Source: a bacterium (GTDB lineage: Bacteria; SZUA-182; DTGQ01; JAFGSM01). From it: a stretch of DNA of 64,000 bases. Each line of letters opens with the position of its first letter. Within the stretch, counting starts at the first letter, position 1. The notes beneath the pieces are model-generated. The model was given only the letters and a program-made list of their open reading frames with translations. It made no database searches and was not told where the DNA came from. Both the position numbers and the translations under genes were made by a program. Where the stretch lies: assembly GCA_049472315.1 (NCBI GenBank), contig JBLIRN010000010.1:15091-79090 (forward strand), in the 5' to 3' direction. Positions 20,546-31,136 of this stretch are shown here, one piece after another.

Positions 20546-22700
20546 AAAGAACGCGGGTACCCCGGGGGTGGTTGTCTTCGATGATGAACTGGCCGTGGTG
20601 ATCGACGATGATACGGTTGACAATGGCGAGGCCGAGGCCGGTTCCCCCCTTTTTTCGTGAGAAATAAGGCTCCATCAGCTTATCCTTGTCCTCGGGGGAG
20701 ATCCCGGTTCCCCAATCCGCGATTTGAACGGATACCATACTATCGTGATTGTTGAAAAATGTCCTGACCTGGAGCCGGCGATCATCCGTCATTGATTCAT
20801 ACCCATTATCCAACAGGTTGATCATGACGCGCTTTATCTGATCCCTGTCCATCATTACAGGCGGGAGGGACTCGTCGATAGCCACATTCACCGTGCAGTC
20901 GGGATGGATGGTGCCGTAAAGGGAAACCGTCTGGCTGACAAGCGTGCCCAGGTCCTCCGATTTCAGAATCGGATCGGGCATCCGGGCGAATTGTGCAAAT
21001 TCATCGATAAGCGTCTTGAGCCCCTGTGATCCCTGAATGATGGTCTCCGTGCACTCCTGCATGAGATCCCGCTCCTTTCCTTCCAGGAACTGGAACTTCC
21101 TCCACAGCCGTTCTGCAGAAAGCTGAATGGGCGTGAGGGGATTCTTGATTTCATGGGCGAGGCGCCGTGCCACCTCCTGCCAGGTGGCGATTTTTTGGGC
21201 CTTGATCAACTGGGTCAAATCATCAAATACGATCAGTAATCCCATCTCGCCCTCCTGGCTGTAGAGCTTGGCTATGCTCACCAGCAGGGTATTGGTCTGG
21301 CCACGAAGACGGATATGGATCTCCTTATCGAATATGTCCTCCTTATCTCCCTTGCGCGAGTGGTCGATGATGTCCTTCAGGGGCCTGAGTGCATCCCTTC
21401 CAAATGCCTCATGGTAGGAGCGATTCACCACCCTGCTTGTATGAAGCATCAGTGTCCTCTCAGCCGCAGGGTTTATGGAGGTGATTACGCCATTCATGTC
21501 CAGGGTGACCACCCCCGAGGTAATGTTGGCAAGGACGGTCTCGATGTCCCTCCGCCGTCGGTCAAGCTCCAGATTGGTCTGCTGTATGCCCGAAAGTGCC
21601 CGTTTCAGGTCCTCGGTCATGCGATTGAAGGATTCCACGAGCATGCCGATTTCATCCTTGGCGTCAACCGCCACCTTATAATCCAGGTTTCCCAGGGACA
21701 CCTCCTTGGTCCCCTCCGCGAGCTTTTGTATGGGGACGGTAATCCCCTTCGCCAGATAGATGCCGAACCATGTGGCGGAGAAGATGATCAGGAGGGTCAT
21801 AAGAAGAAAGGTGATGAGATAGGTCATCTTGAGCGGCTTCTTGAATACCCGTCTCTTCTGGTATTCCTCATAGGCATTCTTTATATAGGTAATCTCATCC
21901 ATAAGGCCGTACGGGTCATAATAGTTGAAGAGGATGAGCCCCTCGACCGCCTTGCTGTCTTCCCGATAGATGGGAACGACCGCCTCGATAAGGTGCCCTT
22001 CGCCGGAACGCTGGATGATCGAGTACTCTTTTCCCTTCAATCCCTTCTCTATGAGCTCACTGTGGGATCCGGCAAATCGACCCATTGGAACGGATGAGGC
22101 GGGGAGATTGAGGACCTCCCTGCCGGAGTGGTCGAGCACCTTCACCGGGCCTAATTGGGATGAGATTTGATGGCGGGCGATCAATTGTTTCAGGCGGCCG
22201 TATTTATGAGGCGTCAACAGTTCGTTGGCCAGGATTTCATCGCTGATCGCCCTGGCAGAGGAAAATGCCTTTCCTATGGAGGAGGTGTAGTGCACCTGCG
22301 CAATGTGCAGTGATTGCTTGAGATATTCCTCATTATGGATATTAAACCAGCTTTCGATGCTCTTGCTGATGAGGTTGCTTCCTACCAGGAAGAGGAGAAC
22401 TGCAGGGATCAGTGAGAGGCTTACGAATGCCAGGATCAGTTTTGTTCTGAACTTGGCCCCCAGAACATTCTGTTTGTGTTCGAAATATAATTTTATGAGA
22501 TTCCTGAAAACGAGGAGTATCAGGACGAGCAGGAGGATGATATTGAGGTTGAGGACAACGAGGACCTGAATGCTGCTGGGGAGATTTGCGCCTTCCCTCC
22601 ATTGAAAAAGGTAGGTGAGTGAGATGAACAGGAGCAGGCCGACGGTGCAGATTGCGATAATCGGTAGTATGGGGTGTTTCTTTTTACGGGCCTTTTCCAT
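20526..22700 (-). CDS. NtrY-like sensor histidine kinase (TM-HAMP-PAS-HisKA-HATPase)
   Basis: WQEVARRLAHEIKNPLTPIQLSAERL, GTGLGLAIV, N-terminal TM helices, HAMP motif DEIGMLVESFNRM. Confidence 0.9.
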   Translation of the reverse strand: MEKARKKKHPILPIIAICTVGLLLFISLTYLFQWREGANLPSSIQVLVVLNLNIILLLVLILLVFRNLIKLYFEHKQNVLGAKFRTKLILAFVSLSLIPAVLLFLVGSNLISKSIESWFNIHNEEYLKQSLHIAQVHYTSSIGKAFSSARAISDEILANELLTPHKYGRLKQLIARHQISSQLGPVKVLDHSGREVLNLPASSVPMGRFAGSHSELIEKGLKGKEYSIIQRSGEGHLIEAVVPIYREDSKAVEGLILFNYYDPYGLMDEITYIKNAYEEYQKRRVFKKPLKMTYLITFLLMTLLIIFSATWFGIYLAKGITVPIQKLAEGTKEVSLGNLDYKVAVDAKDEIGMLVESFNRMTEDLKRALSGIQQTNLELDRRRRDIETVLANITSGVVTLDMNGVITSINPAAERTLMLHTSRVVNRSYHEAFGRDALRPLKDIIDHSRKGDKEDIFDKEIHIRLRGQTNTLLVSIAKLYSQEGEMGLLIVFDDLTQLIKAQKIATWQEVARRLAHEIKNPLTPIQLSAERLWRKFQFLEGKERDLMQECTETIIQGSQGLKTLIDEFAQFARMPDPILKSEDLGTLVSQTVSLYGTIHPDCTVNVAIDESLPPVMMDRDQIKRVMINLLDNGYESMTDDRRLQVRTFFNNHDSMVSVQIADWGTGISPEDKDKLMEPYFSRKKGGTGLGLAIVNRIIVDHHGQFIIEDNHPRGTRVLFSLPRA

Positions 22701-23391
22701 GGTGGACTGAGGCCTGCTCGATCGTTTCGGGTCGTTTGGGAATGTCGTCAAGCGATACCCTGACCCAGGGGGTATCCACGTTCCACAATGCCACAAAGGC
22801 GAGGAGATAATTCAGGGGGAAGGGGATCTTGATACATTTCATCTCGGCGCGAATCTCGAGGCAATAGCGGCCGTCGCGATCCTTTAATTCGGGTATGGCA
22901 AGGTGGACTTCTGAGAGCGAGCTCATCCAACGCACCATCTCGTTCCAGTCCGAAGTGGTAAGGTTTTCTTCACTACTCTCCGGATAGGAACGGATGGCAA
23001 GGTATTCCTTTTTCAAGACGTCGTAGGTCACGGTATGGTGAATGGTAAATTCCCGCACCTCCTTGTCAAACCAAAAGCCACGCCTTTTTATCACCCGGAT
23101 CAGAAACTTGAACCTGGTTGGGGCGCCACTGGTGACCGCCTCCGTTATGTCCCGGGTAAATGCCCCTTCAATGGCTGCATCCAGGACAATCCCCTGTGAG
23201 GTTTTCATCGCCTGGATGTGGGTCAATCTGGCCTTTGCCCCCTCACAGGGGGTAACGCCAACCATGACGAGCAGACATACGGCATTGACCAGGACCATGG
23301 CCGGAATAGACCATGGCGCATCCGTGTATTTCCGGATCGGACCGTGGCGGTTCATGGTACCTGTTCGCTCAATACTCGATGCCATATTCAT
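22684..23391 (-). CDS. DUF4390-like exported protein (true start probably downstream of 23391)
   Basis: EAVTSG...FWFDK...YDVLKKEY...PFPLNY...TPW pattern; this family usually precedes NtrY-like kinases. Confidence 0.7.
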   Translation of the reverse strand: MNMASSIERTGTMNRHGPIRKYTDAPWSIPAMVLVNAVCLLVMVGVTPCEGAKARLTHIQAMKTSQGIVLDAAIEGAFTRDITEAVTSGAPTRFKFLIRVIKRRGFWFDKEVREFTIHHTVTYDVLKKEYLAIRSYPESSEENLTTSDWNEMVRWMSSLSEVHLAIPELKDRDGRYCLEIRAEMKCIKIPFPLNYLLAFVALWNVDTPWVRVSLDDIPKRPETIEQASVHHGKGP

Positions 23392-23425
23392 GTTCCTTTG
23401 GTTCCAGAATCAGGTTTGGCAGGTT

Positions 23426-23550
23426 TGGGGTCAGGTCTTGAATTGACAGTTTTTGCTCCGAAAATAGAATCATATTTTCATGCCTCGTGGTGCCACAAGG
23501 TGACATGAGGGTTTTTTGCCAAAAAACTGATATTTCAAGACCTGACCCCA
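23426..23550. repeat. 125-bp REPIN/MITE-like element, copy 1
   Basis: Terminal inverted repeats TGGGGTCAGGTCTTGAA...TTCAAGACCTGACCCCA; near-identical to 41448-41571. Confidence 0.85.
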
Positions 23551-23561
23551 TTTTGTCATTC

Positions 23562-24125
23562 TCAATACTCGATGCCCCTTCGTGCCGTCAGTCCCTTTTG
23601 AAAGGGATGTTTTATCGACCTCATATCAGTGACCAGGTCCGCCATTGTGGTGAGTGCCTGGGTGGATCTGAGACCGGTCAGGATGATCTCCACCTGCTCC
23701 GGTTTGGTCCTGAGCAGGTCGACTATCTGACTCTCTTCTATCATATCTATATGGAGGGCTGTCAATAGTTCGTCAAAGATAAAGACATCATAGGCGATTT
23801 GGGCCATGATCCCCCGGGCAAGGGACATCTCCTGCGCAATGAGATCCCGTTCCCGTTGCCTTTCCGTCGATGGAAGGGCGCCGTGAATGAATTCCGCTGT
23901 GTTGGGCCGATGAAAGACGAACCAGGGGCCAAGCCGTTCAAAGATCGCTATTTCTCCTGAGAAGGAGGCCATCGGCTTGAGAAACTGCGCCATATATACC
24001 GCTAATCCCTGGCCCAGAGCCCTCACCGCCTGGCCGATGGCCGCAGTGGTTTTACCCTTGCCGTTTCCACAGTAAATCTGGATGATTCCCTTCTCCAACC
24101 GAGGGCCCGTGCGCTCATTTTCCAT
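23562..24125 (-). CDS. cobO: Cob(I)yrinic acid a,c-diamide adenosyltransferase (CobO/BtuR family)
   Basis: GNGKGKTTAAIG, QFLK, DE, EIILTG, KHPF, ARRGIEY. Confidence 0.88.
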   Translation of the reverse strand: MENERTGPRLEKGIIQIYCGNGKGKTTAAIGQAVRALGQGLAVYMAQFLKPMASFSGEIAIFERLGPWFVFHRPNTAEFIHGALPSTERQRERDLIAQEMSLARGIMAQIAYDVFIFDELLTALHIDMIEESQIVDLLRTKPEQVEIILTGLRSTQALTTMADLVTDMRSIKHPFQKGLTARRGIEY

Positions 24126-24367
24126 TGTTTTCTGCCCGTATATCAAGAGGTTATGAGAAAGAATGAGAACGAAGTACCTTCGGGGCAGCGTGAACTTATT
24201 CTAACAAAAAACAGCCCGGGTGTAAATCTTGCGTTCATGCCTGCCTTTCCGTCCTAACATAACCCTATGTTCACCCGGCGTATTGACCTTCGGAGCGGAT
24301 ATGGTAGATAATATGCAGCGACATTGTGTCGTGCCTATCTATTTGCAACAAAGGGGGATACGTAACC

Positions 24368-26002
24368 ATGCCCGAAACCTTTTACGGTTCTTTTTGTCTC
24401 ATCCTTCATTCCCACATTCCCTATGTGATGAACCATGGGCTCATGGGAGAGGAATGGCTTTTCGAGGCAACGGCCGAGACATACATCCCCCTTCTCAATA
24501 TCTTCAATCGATTGGTTCGTGAAGGGATTCAGCCGAAGGTTACCATCAATCTCTCCCCTGTACTGGCCGAGCAGCTCCACATGCCCCTGTTCGGAAAGCG
24601 GTTCAAGGAGTATTGCCGCCAGAAGATCGAATTCGCCATAAGGGACGCAGAGGCATTTCGCACCAAAGACAGTCATATGGCATGGCTGGCAAACCTGTGG
24701 AAGAAATTCTATGGACGGACCCTCCGCATATTTACGGACGACTATGGGGAGGACCTTATCGGGGCGTTTAGAGAACTCACCCAGAAGGGCGCTATCGAGG
24801 TGATCACCTGCGGGGCTACACATGCCTATTTTCCCGCACTTCTTCGTGATCAAAGCATACATGCACAGGTGAAGATGGCGGCCAAGAGCCACGAGGAGCT
24901 CATCGGCTCGGGCGCCAAGGGCATCTGGCTTCCTGAATGCGGATACCGGCCTTCCGGGAGTTGGAGGCCGCCCTTTTCCAGGTATCGGAATTCCGTTTAC
25001 TACAATCATCGACCAGGCATTGAGGAGATTTTGAGTCATAACGGCATGAGGTTTTTTGTCATCGATCAGGTGCAATTGCAGAGGGGCTCGCCCAAGGATA
25101 TCGACCTCTCTCCCCTCGAGATCTTCTGGGTGAAGAACGGCTCGCATCCGGTAAGCGTGTTCGTCAGGGATTCAAAGATATCCGAGCAGATATGGAATCA
25201 CCAGATCGGGTATCCCGGTGATCCCAGTTACCTGGAATTTCACAAGAAGCATTCACCAGGCCAGCACCGATATTGGAGGATTACCGACCGCAATCTGGAC
25301 ATGGCCTACAAGACACCCTATCATCCCCATGAGGTGAGAAGGGAACGGATACCCCAGCATGCCGGCCACTATAAATGGCTCATCAAAAGGGCCCTCATGC
25401 ATCGCTTCCACACCACGGGACAGGCGAGCCTGATTGTCACGGCCTTTGATTCCGAACTATTCGGCCATTGGTGGTTTGAGGGACCGACATGGCTCTACCA
25501 GTTGCTGAAATGGGTCAGGAGCGATCCCGAGATATCCCTCTGCACCTGTTCGGAATATCTGGAAAGGCAATCACCACGGCATCTCATTCACCTTCCGGAG
25601 TCTTCATGGGGCAAGGGATACGACAGCAGTACATGGATCAACAGCCAGGTGGAATGGGTCTGGGAGAGGCTCTATTGGGCGGAGCTTGAAATGGGATATC
25701 TGGTGAACGGCCTCGGGTACAGGGAGGAAGAGGTCCTCAGGCGAATCCTTATCCAGGCGATCAGAGAGCTCCTTATCCTCCAGGCGTCGGACTGGGAATT
25801 TATGATAACGAACTGGAGCACCAAGGACTATGCGGAGCGACGCGTGGTCGAGCATCATGCGGATTTTGGCCGTCTGGCCAGGATGGCGTGGTCCTATGCC
25901 CAGGGAAACGGCATCAACGAGCCGGATGAACGATTCCTGAAGGATTGCGAGAACAGGGACTCCATTTTTTCTCACCCGGATCCGCTGTGGTACAAGGATT
26001 GA
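24368..26002 (+). CDS. GH57 1,4-alpha-glucan branching enzyme (DUF1957 type)
   Basis: LHSHIPYV, EEWLFEA, GIWLPECGY, DSELFGHWWFEG, ESSWG, QASDWEF. Confidence 0.9.
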   Translation: MPETFYGSFCLILHSHIPYVMNHGLMGEEWLFEATAETYIPLLNIFNRLVREGIQPKVTINLSPVLAEQLHMPLFGKRFKEYCRQKIEFAIRDAEAFRTKDSHMAWLANLWKKFYGRTLRIFTDDYGEDLIGAFRELTQKGAIEVITCGATHAYFPALLRDQSIHAQVKMAAKSHEELIGSGAKGIWLPECGYRPSGSWRPPFSRYRNSVYYNHRPGIEEILSHNGMRFFVIDQVQLQRGSPKDIDLSPLEIFWVKNGSHPVSVFVRDSKISEQIWNHQIGYPGDPSYLEFHKKHSPGQHRYWRITDRNLDMAYKTPYHPHEVRRERIPQHAGHYKWLIKRALMHRFHTTGQASLIVTAFDSELFGHWWFEGPTWLYQLLKWVRSDPEISLCTCSEYLERQSPRHLIHLPESSWGKGYDSSTWINSQVEWVWERLYWAELEMGYLVNGLGYREEEVLRRILIQAIRELLILQASDWEFMITNWSTKDYAERRVVEHHADFGRLARMAWSYAQGNGINEPDERFLKDCENRDSIFSHPDPLWYKD

Positions 26003-26026
26003 TTGCGTCACAATCCCTTAATTGAC

Positions 26027-26055
26027 TTGACAAAAGATGTTTATCCTCATAAAAT
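26027..26055 (+). promoter_or_regulatory. Sigma70-type promoter of rplM
   Basis: TTGACA-17 nt-TAAAAT. Confidence 0.65.
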
Positions 26056-26117
26056 ATAAAGTCGATTTTGTTTACGCGGTACTCTGTAACCCTTTCCGAA
26101 ATTAAAGGATATGAAGG

Positions 26118-26564
26118 ATGAGAAAGACATTTAGCGCTAAAAAGGAAGAGGCCGTAAGGGACTGGTATGTGATCGATGCCTCCGATATGGTCCTGGGACG
26201 CTTGGCCACGAACATTGCCACCATCCTGCGGGGGAAGAACAAACCCACCTATACCCCTCACGTGGATACCGGTGATTTTGTGATTGTGGTCAATGCGGAC
26301 AAGATACGCCTGACAGGGAGAAAGTGGCAGCAGAAGGTATACTATCGGCATTCCGGCTATCCAGGCGGGCTGAAGACGATTACCGCCATGAAGGTGAACG
26401 AGAAAAAACCCGATTTCATGATTAAACATGCGGTCCGTGGAATGCTTCCCAAGAATAAGCTTGGACGCAAGCAGATCAAGAAGCTGAAGGTTTATGCGGG
26501 GCCGCACCATAAACATGAGGCTCAGTGTCCGAAGTCTTTGAGCCTTGCACCTGTTTCTTCATAA
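26118..26564 (+). CDS. rplM: 50S ribosomal protein L13
   Basis: [40 protein letters not shown]. Confidence 0.98.
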   Translation: MRKTFSAKKEEAVRDWYVIDASDMVLGRLATNIATILRGKNKPTYTPHVDTGDFVIVVNADKIRLTGRKWQQKVYYRHSGYPGGLKTITAMKVNEKKPDFMIKHAVRGMLPKNKLGRKQIKKLKVYAGPHHKHEAQCPKSLSLAPVSS

Positions 26565-26573
26565 TATACAGCC

Positions 26574-27215
26574 ATGGATGAGGAAAAAAGGGAGGCGAAT
26601 GGGGAAGGGATGCCCGGTCACGATTCCGGTTACCGAAGAAAGCGATTCTATATTCAGAGGATGTTTCAGGCAAAATTCATCCTTGCCTTCCTTCTGCTGG
26701 TGATTATCGGCAGCATCATATCGGGGATAATTTTTTATACCAAGGCCAATACCTATCTGGGATATCACTATGGTATGGCGCATTTGAAGCTGAAAAAGAC
26801 AGGGGAGATCCTTCAGCCGGCCCTCTTTATCTCGTACGGCATAGGTGTTGTTTTGATAGGGATTGCCACCATCTTTTTAACCATTTTCATTTCCCACAAG
26901 GTTGCCGGTCCGCTGTACCGCTTCGAGCGCAGTGCAGAGGAGATCGGGAAGGGGAACCTCACGCTGGTGACCCGTATCAGGGGTACGGATCAGGCAAGGG
27001 ATCTGGCGGATGCCCTGAGCCGCATGACGAGTGAATTGAGGAGTAAATTGCTCGAAATTGACACCAATGCCAAAAGGCTTCACCATGTTGTCGAGACCAT
27101 GGGCAGTCTGATGGAAAGGACGCCATCCGATATGATTGAGATTAAAATGGAATTTGAGGAGCTAAAGCAGGTAACGCAGAATCTGAATCAAGCTGTCCAA
27201 TATTTTAAGCTTTAG
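26574..27215 (+). CDS. Two-TM HAMP-domain membrane protein
   Basis: RRKRFYI...FQAKF, two TM helices, SHKVAGPLYRFE...GNL...IRGTD HAMP segment, C-terminal coiled coil. Confidence 0.8.
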   Translation: MDEEKREANGEGMPGHDSGYRRKRFYIQRMFQAKFILAFLLLVIIGSIISGIIFYTKANTYLGYHYGMAHLKLKKTGEILQPALFISYGIGVVLIGIATIFLTIFISHKVAGPLYRFERSAEEIGKGNLTLVTRIRGTDQARDLADALSRMTSELRSKLLEIDTNAKRLHHVVETMGSLMERTPSDMIEIKMEFEELKQVTQNLNQAVQYFKL

Positions 27216-27230
27216 GAATCATGAGCCGAG

Positions 27231-27728
27231 ATGGATCGTACCTATTACCCTGTCAAAGGATTATGCTTTGTTCTGGTAACCATGCTGCTGATCGCCATCA
27301 TTACCATTGCTCAGAATGCCACGGAAAATGGACACGATTTTATGAACGATCCGAATAGGTGCGGTGATTGTCACCTCGGCGACCCTGTTTTCGGGGAGAC
27401 GGACTATCGGGATCTCGAATTCACTGACGATATCGTGAACCTGTGTCAACGGGAGGAATGCCATCCTGCGGATACCCTCGGAAGATCCCATCCGGTGAAC
27501 ATCACGCCCCCGGACGATATGGATGTCCCTGAAGACCTTCATCTTGACGAATATCTGAACATGACCTGCGCGACATGTCATCAGCCTCATGGGGAGGCGT
27601 ACACGGCGTTGAAGCCTGCCGATTATGTCTTGCCGATAGGGGGAAGCAGTGTGAGTGTCTATCCGTCCTTTTATTTACGGAGGACAAATATCCAGAATGC
27701 ACTCTGTTTTGCGTGTCATAAACGGTAG
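27231..27728 (+). CDS. Exported multiheme cytochrome c (doubled-CXXCH type)
   Basis: Signal/TM segment; CGDCH, CATCH, CFACH and an atypical CQREECH; SHPV motif. Confidence 0.85.
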   Translation: MDRTYYPVKGLCFVLVTMLLIAIITIAQNATENGHDFMNDPNRCGDCHLGDPVFGETDYRDLEFTDDIVNLCQREECHPADTLGRSHPVNITPPDDMDVPEDLHLDEYLNMTCATCHQPHGEAYTALKPADYVLPIGGSSVSVYPSFYLRRTNIQNALCFACHKR

Positions 27729-27760
27729 AATCACTTTTGAATAGGGAGGATGAAAAAAAG

Positions 27761-28153
27761 GTGTCTGAAGCGTCCTATTATGGAACAGGAAAGAGGAAAA
27801 CATCGGTGGCCCGCGTGTGGATGAAGTCCGGGGCCGAAGGGATACTGGTCAACGGGAGGAGCCCCGAGGAATACTTCAGGATAGCGCGGCTGATAAATAT
27901 GGTCCGTGACCCCCTGGAGTTGACGGGTACGATCTCATCGTTTTCCATCAACATCAATGTCAAAGGGGGAGGAATTTCCGCCCAGGCCGGGGCCGTCCGT
28001 CACGGCATTGCAAAGGCACTATTGAATATGGACAATGCCCTTCGTCTGAAACTCAAAAAGGCGGGATTTCTCACCAGGGACCCCCGGGCAAAAGAGCGAA
28101 AGAAATATGGTCAACGAGGCGCACGGGCTCGGTACCAATTCTCAAAGAGATAA
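27761..28153 (+). CDS. rpsI: 30S ribosomal protein S9
   Basis: YYGTGKRKTSVARV, GGGISAQAGAVRHG, ERKKYG...QFSKR. Confidence 0.98.
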   Translation: MSEASYYGTGKRKTSVARVWMKSGAEGILVNGRSPEEYFRIARLINMVRDPLELTGTISSFSININVKGGGISAQAGAVRHGIAKALLNMDNALRLKLKKAGFLTRDPRAKERKKYGQRGARARYQFSKR

Positions 28154-28169
28154 TGGTTAGGAATCCTTT

Positions 28170-29372
28170 GTGAAGATCATCGAGCAGGGGAATCTCGCAC
28201 TCGTCAAAGGAATTCGGGCATCCGGCATCCACTGCGGTATAAAGACGAGTAAAAAGAGGGATCTTGCCCTCGTTTTTTCAGAGTCCCCGGCACGTGCTGC
28301 AGGGGTCTTTACCTCCAACAGAATCATCGCCGCCCCGCTTGTCGTTACCAGGGAACATCTTTCCGCCGGTCAGGCCCAGGCCATCGTTGCCAATAGCGGT
28401 ATCGCCAATGCAGCAACAGGGCAGAGGGGAATCGATGATGCCCGCCGGATGGCACGGCTCACCGCCTCCAGTCTCAATATACCCGAAAATTCCGTGATCG
28501 TTGCATCAACCGGTATGATCGGCAGATTTCTGCCCATGGAAAGGATCGACTCGGGCATTCGAGAAGCGGCCTGCGCACTTTCCACGGATGGGGGCGCGGA
28601 TGCGGCGGAGGCGATCATGACCACGGATACCTTTCCCAAGCACCTCGCAGTCCGGATAGACCTGGATGGATGCGCCGTCACCCTGGCCGGCATGGCCAAG
28701 GGAGCGGGAATGATACAGCCCAATATGGCGACGATGCTTGCCTTTCTTGCCACCGATGCAGCGGTGGAAGGGGATTTTCTCCGGGATGCGCTCCGGGATG
28801 CCGTGGCAAGGACCTTTAACTGCATTACGGTTGACGGTGACACCAGCACAAACGATATGGTGGTCATTCTGGCAAACGGCCTTTCCGGAAACACCCCAAT
28901 CAACGCCCGGAGCAGTCAGGCACAGCCCTTTCTTGATGCGCTCGAACTCGTATGCAGCAGGCTTTCCCTCATGATCGTCGAGGACGGCGAGGGTGCAACA
29001 AAACTGGTCAGTATTGAGGTGCGGGGGGCGAATACCCGCAGTGATGCGAACGCTATCGCCTTCAGGATCGCCAATTCCCCCCTGGTCAAGACATCGCTGT
29101 ATGGCAGGAGGTGCAACTGGGGGCGGATAATGGCCGCTGCGGGATCGTCGGGTGTCGCCGTAGATCAGGACAGGATAGATATCTTCTACGGCAATGTTCA
29201 GGTTGTCCGAAACGGCCTCGGTTTGGGGCGTGAAAAGGAGGCGGAGTCCCTGCTCGGATCGAGACAGGTCCGGCTCACTATTGACCTACACCTGGGAGAT
29301 GCGGCTGAAACCGTTTTGACCACCGACCTTTCACCGGAGTACATTCACATCAATGCGGACTACGCCACATGA
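28170..29372 (+). CDS. argJ: Bifunctional ornithine acetyltransferase/N-acetylglutamate synthase
   Basis: IMTTD, GMAKGAGMIQPNMATML (ATML cleavage site), DGDTSTND, DGEGATK. Confidence 0.96.
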   Translation: MKIIEQGNLALVKGIRASGIHCGIKTSKKRDLALVFSESPARAAGVFTSNRIIAAPLVVTREHLSAGQAQAIVANSGIANAATGQRGIDDARRMARLTASSLNIPENSVIVASTGMIGRFLPMERIDSGIREAACALSTDGGADAAEAIMTTDTFPKHLAVRIDLDGCAVTLAGMAKGAGMIQPNMATMLAFLATDAAVEGDFLRDALRDAVARTFNCITVDGDTSTNDMVVILANGLSGNTPINARSSQAQPFLDALELVCSRLSLMIVEDGEGATKLVSIEVRGANTRSDANAIAFRIANSPLVKTSLYGRRCNWGRIMAAAGSSGVAVDQDRIDIFYGNVQVVRNGLGLGREKEAESLLGSRQVRLTIDLHLGDAAETVLTTDLSPEYIHINADYAT

Positions 29373-29485
29373 GGACCGTTCAAGCATATTCCCACTGCAA
29401 TGTTGTTATAGGGGGAAATGTGACGAGGTGAGAGGAAACAGGTCTCAGGCACGAAACTTGAATTGCCTGATGGAATGGTAATCAC

Positions 29486-29514
29486 TTGCATGAATTGCGT
29501 TTTTGTGTTAGCAT
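29486..29514 (+). promoter_or_regulatory. Sigma70-type promoter of rpsB
   Basis: TTGCAT-17 nt-TAGCAT with extended -10 TG. Confidence 0.55.
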
Positions 29515-29534
29515 TTCAATGGTTTTAAACAAAT

Positions 29535-29615
29535 ACACACATCCTCGGATAATGGGCCGGGTGCTGGCACTGCCAATTGGCTCATGGTGTGAAGGGGATG
29601 GCGGAACAGCAACCC
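29535..29615 (+). promoter_or_regulatory. rpsB leader (S2/t44-like autoregulatory RNA)
   Basis: ACACAC start, CATCCTC/GGGGATG outer stem, GGGTGC motif, and downstream AACCC able to pair with GGGT; lies directly before rpsB. Confidence 0.6.
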
Positions 29616-29634
29616 ATTTAAGGGAGGTCGTTGA

Positions 29635-30480
29635 ATGTTTAATGTATCAATGAAGCAGTTGCTCGAGGCGGGGGTTCACTTCGGCCACCAGGCCAAGCGC
29701 TGGAACCCGAAGATGAAGAAGTATCTCTTTATCGAGAGAAACGGTATCTTCATTATCGATCTTCAAAAGACCCTTCGAAAATTCAAGGAGGCCTATCAAT
29801 TTGTTCAGGACCTTGCTGCGCAGGGAGGCTCGATTCTATTCGTCGGCACCAAACGACAGGCCCAAGAGGTTATCATGGAAGAGGCCGGCAGGTGCAATAT
29901 GTCCTATGTCAATCAGCGTTGGCTCGGCGGCATGCTGACCAATTTCGATACCATCCAAAAAAGCCTGAACAAGATGAAACGATTGGTGGAGATGAAGGAA
30001 AGCGGAAACTACGCGGGTCTGACCAAAAAGGAGGCCTCTAAACTGGAAAAAAAGAGGCAGAAAATGGAGAAGGTACTGATCGGCATTCGCGATATGAACA
30101 AGTTGCCCGATGCGGTCTTTATCATTGACACAAAAAAGGAACGGATCGCCGTCAATGAGGCGAACAAGCTGGAGATACCGGTCATCGCCATTCTCGATAC
30201 CAATGCCGATCCGGATGGGATACAGTTTCCGATACCCGGCAATGACGACGCGATTCGTTCAATCAAGCTGATTACCTCGTACATGGCGGATGCCGTCCTT
30301 GAAGGGCATGATGAATGGCTTGCCTCTCTGAAACAAGAGGCTGAAGAGCTTGACGAGCGGGACAAGGAGGAAAGGGGTTCGCCGCCTAAGCAAAAGCCGC
30401 GGAAAAAGCCCAGACCCAAGGTGGCCGAACCGGGTGAAAACAAGGATGAAGAAAGAGTGGAGAGTGAAAACGTCGCATAG
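29635..30480 (+). CDS. rpsB: 30S ribosomal protein S2 (with charged C-terminal extension)
   Basis: [29 protein letters not shown]. Confidence 0.98.
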   Translation: MFNVSMKQLLEAGVHFGHQAKRWNPKMKKYLFIERNGIFIIDLQKTLRKFKEAYQFVQDLAAQGGSILFVGTKRQAQEVIMEEAGRCNMSYVNQRWLGGMLTNFDTIQKSLNKMKRLVEMKESGNYAGLTKKEASKLEKKRQKMEKVLIGIRDMNKLPDAVFIIDTKKERIAVNEANKLEIPVIAILDTNADPDGIQFPIPGNDDAIRSIKLITSYMADAVLEGHDEWLASLKQEAEELDERDKEERGSPPKQKPRKKPRPKVAEPGENKDEERVESENVA

Positions 30481-30533
30481 ATGCTTAAAATTATCTTCGA
30501 TATGACCCCAATAGCGTGGAAAGGGAATCGAAT

Positions 30534-31136
30534 ATGGAGATTTCAGCACAGCAGGTAAAGGATCTTCGTATAAAGACAGGTGCCGGTTTCATGGAATGCA
30601 AGCAAGCCCTCCAGGAGACTGGAGGGGATAGTGAAAAGGCCGTAGAGTATCTCAGAAAAAAGGGGATTTCCACCGCCGCCAAAAAGGCCGGCAGGGAGAC
30701 CTCACAGGGGCTCATTCATTCCTATATCCATGGAAACGGACGGATCGGTGTGCTCCTGGAGGTAAACTGTGAGACCGATTTTGTAGCGCGGACCCCGGAT
30801 TTCAAGGAGTTTGCCAAGGATATGGCGATGCAGATCGCGGCATTCAGCCCCCTGTATGTCAAGAGGGAGGATGTCCCTTCGGAACTCATTGAAAAGGAGA
30901 AGGAGATCTACAAATCACAAATGGAGGACGGAAAAAAGCCTCCACAGATCATTGACAAGATTGTATCGGGAAAGATCGACAAAAATTTCTTTGCCAAGGT
31001 GTGCCTCCTTGAACAGGCCTTTGTCCGTGACGACAAGAGGACAGTCAAGGAGGTCCTTACCGAGCGCATCGCGGCACTCGGTGAAAACATCAACATACGG
31101 CGATTTGTTCGTTTTGAACTCGGCGAGGACGTGTGA
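30534..31136 (+). CDS. tsf: Elongation factor Ts (short form, about 200 aa)
   Basis: [42 protein letters not shown]. Confidence 0.97.
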   Translation: MEISAQQVKDLRIKTGAGFMECKQALQETGGDSEKAVEYLRKKGISTAAKKAGRETSQGLIHSYIHGNGRIGVLLEVNCETDFVARTPDFKEFAKDMAMQIAAFSPLYVKREDVPSELIEKEKEIYKSQMEDGKKPPQIIDKIVSGKIDKNFFAKVCLLEQAFVRDDKRTVKEVLTERIAALGENINIRRFVRFELGEDV

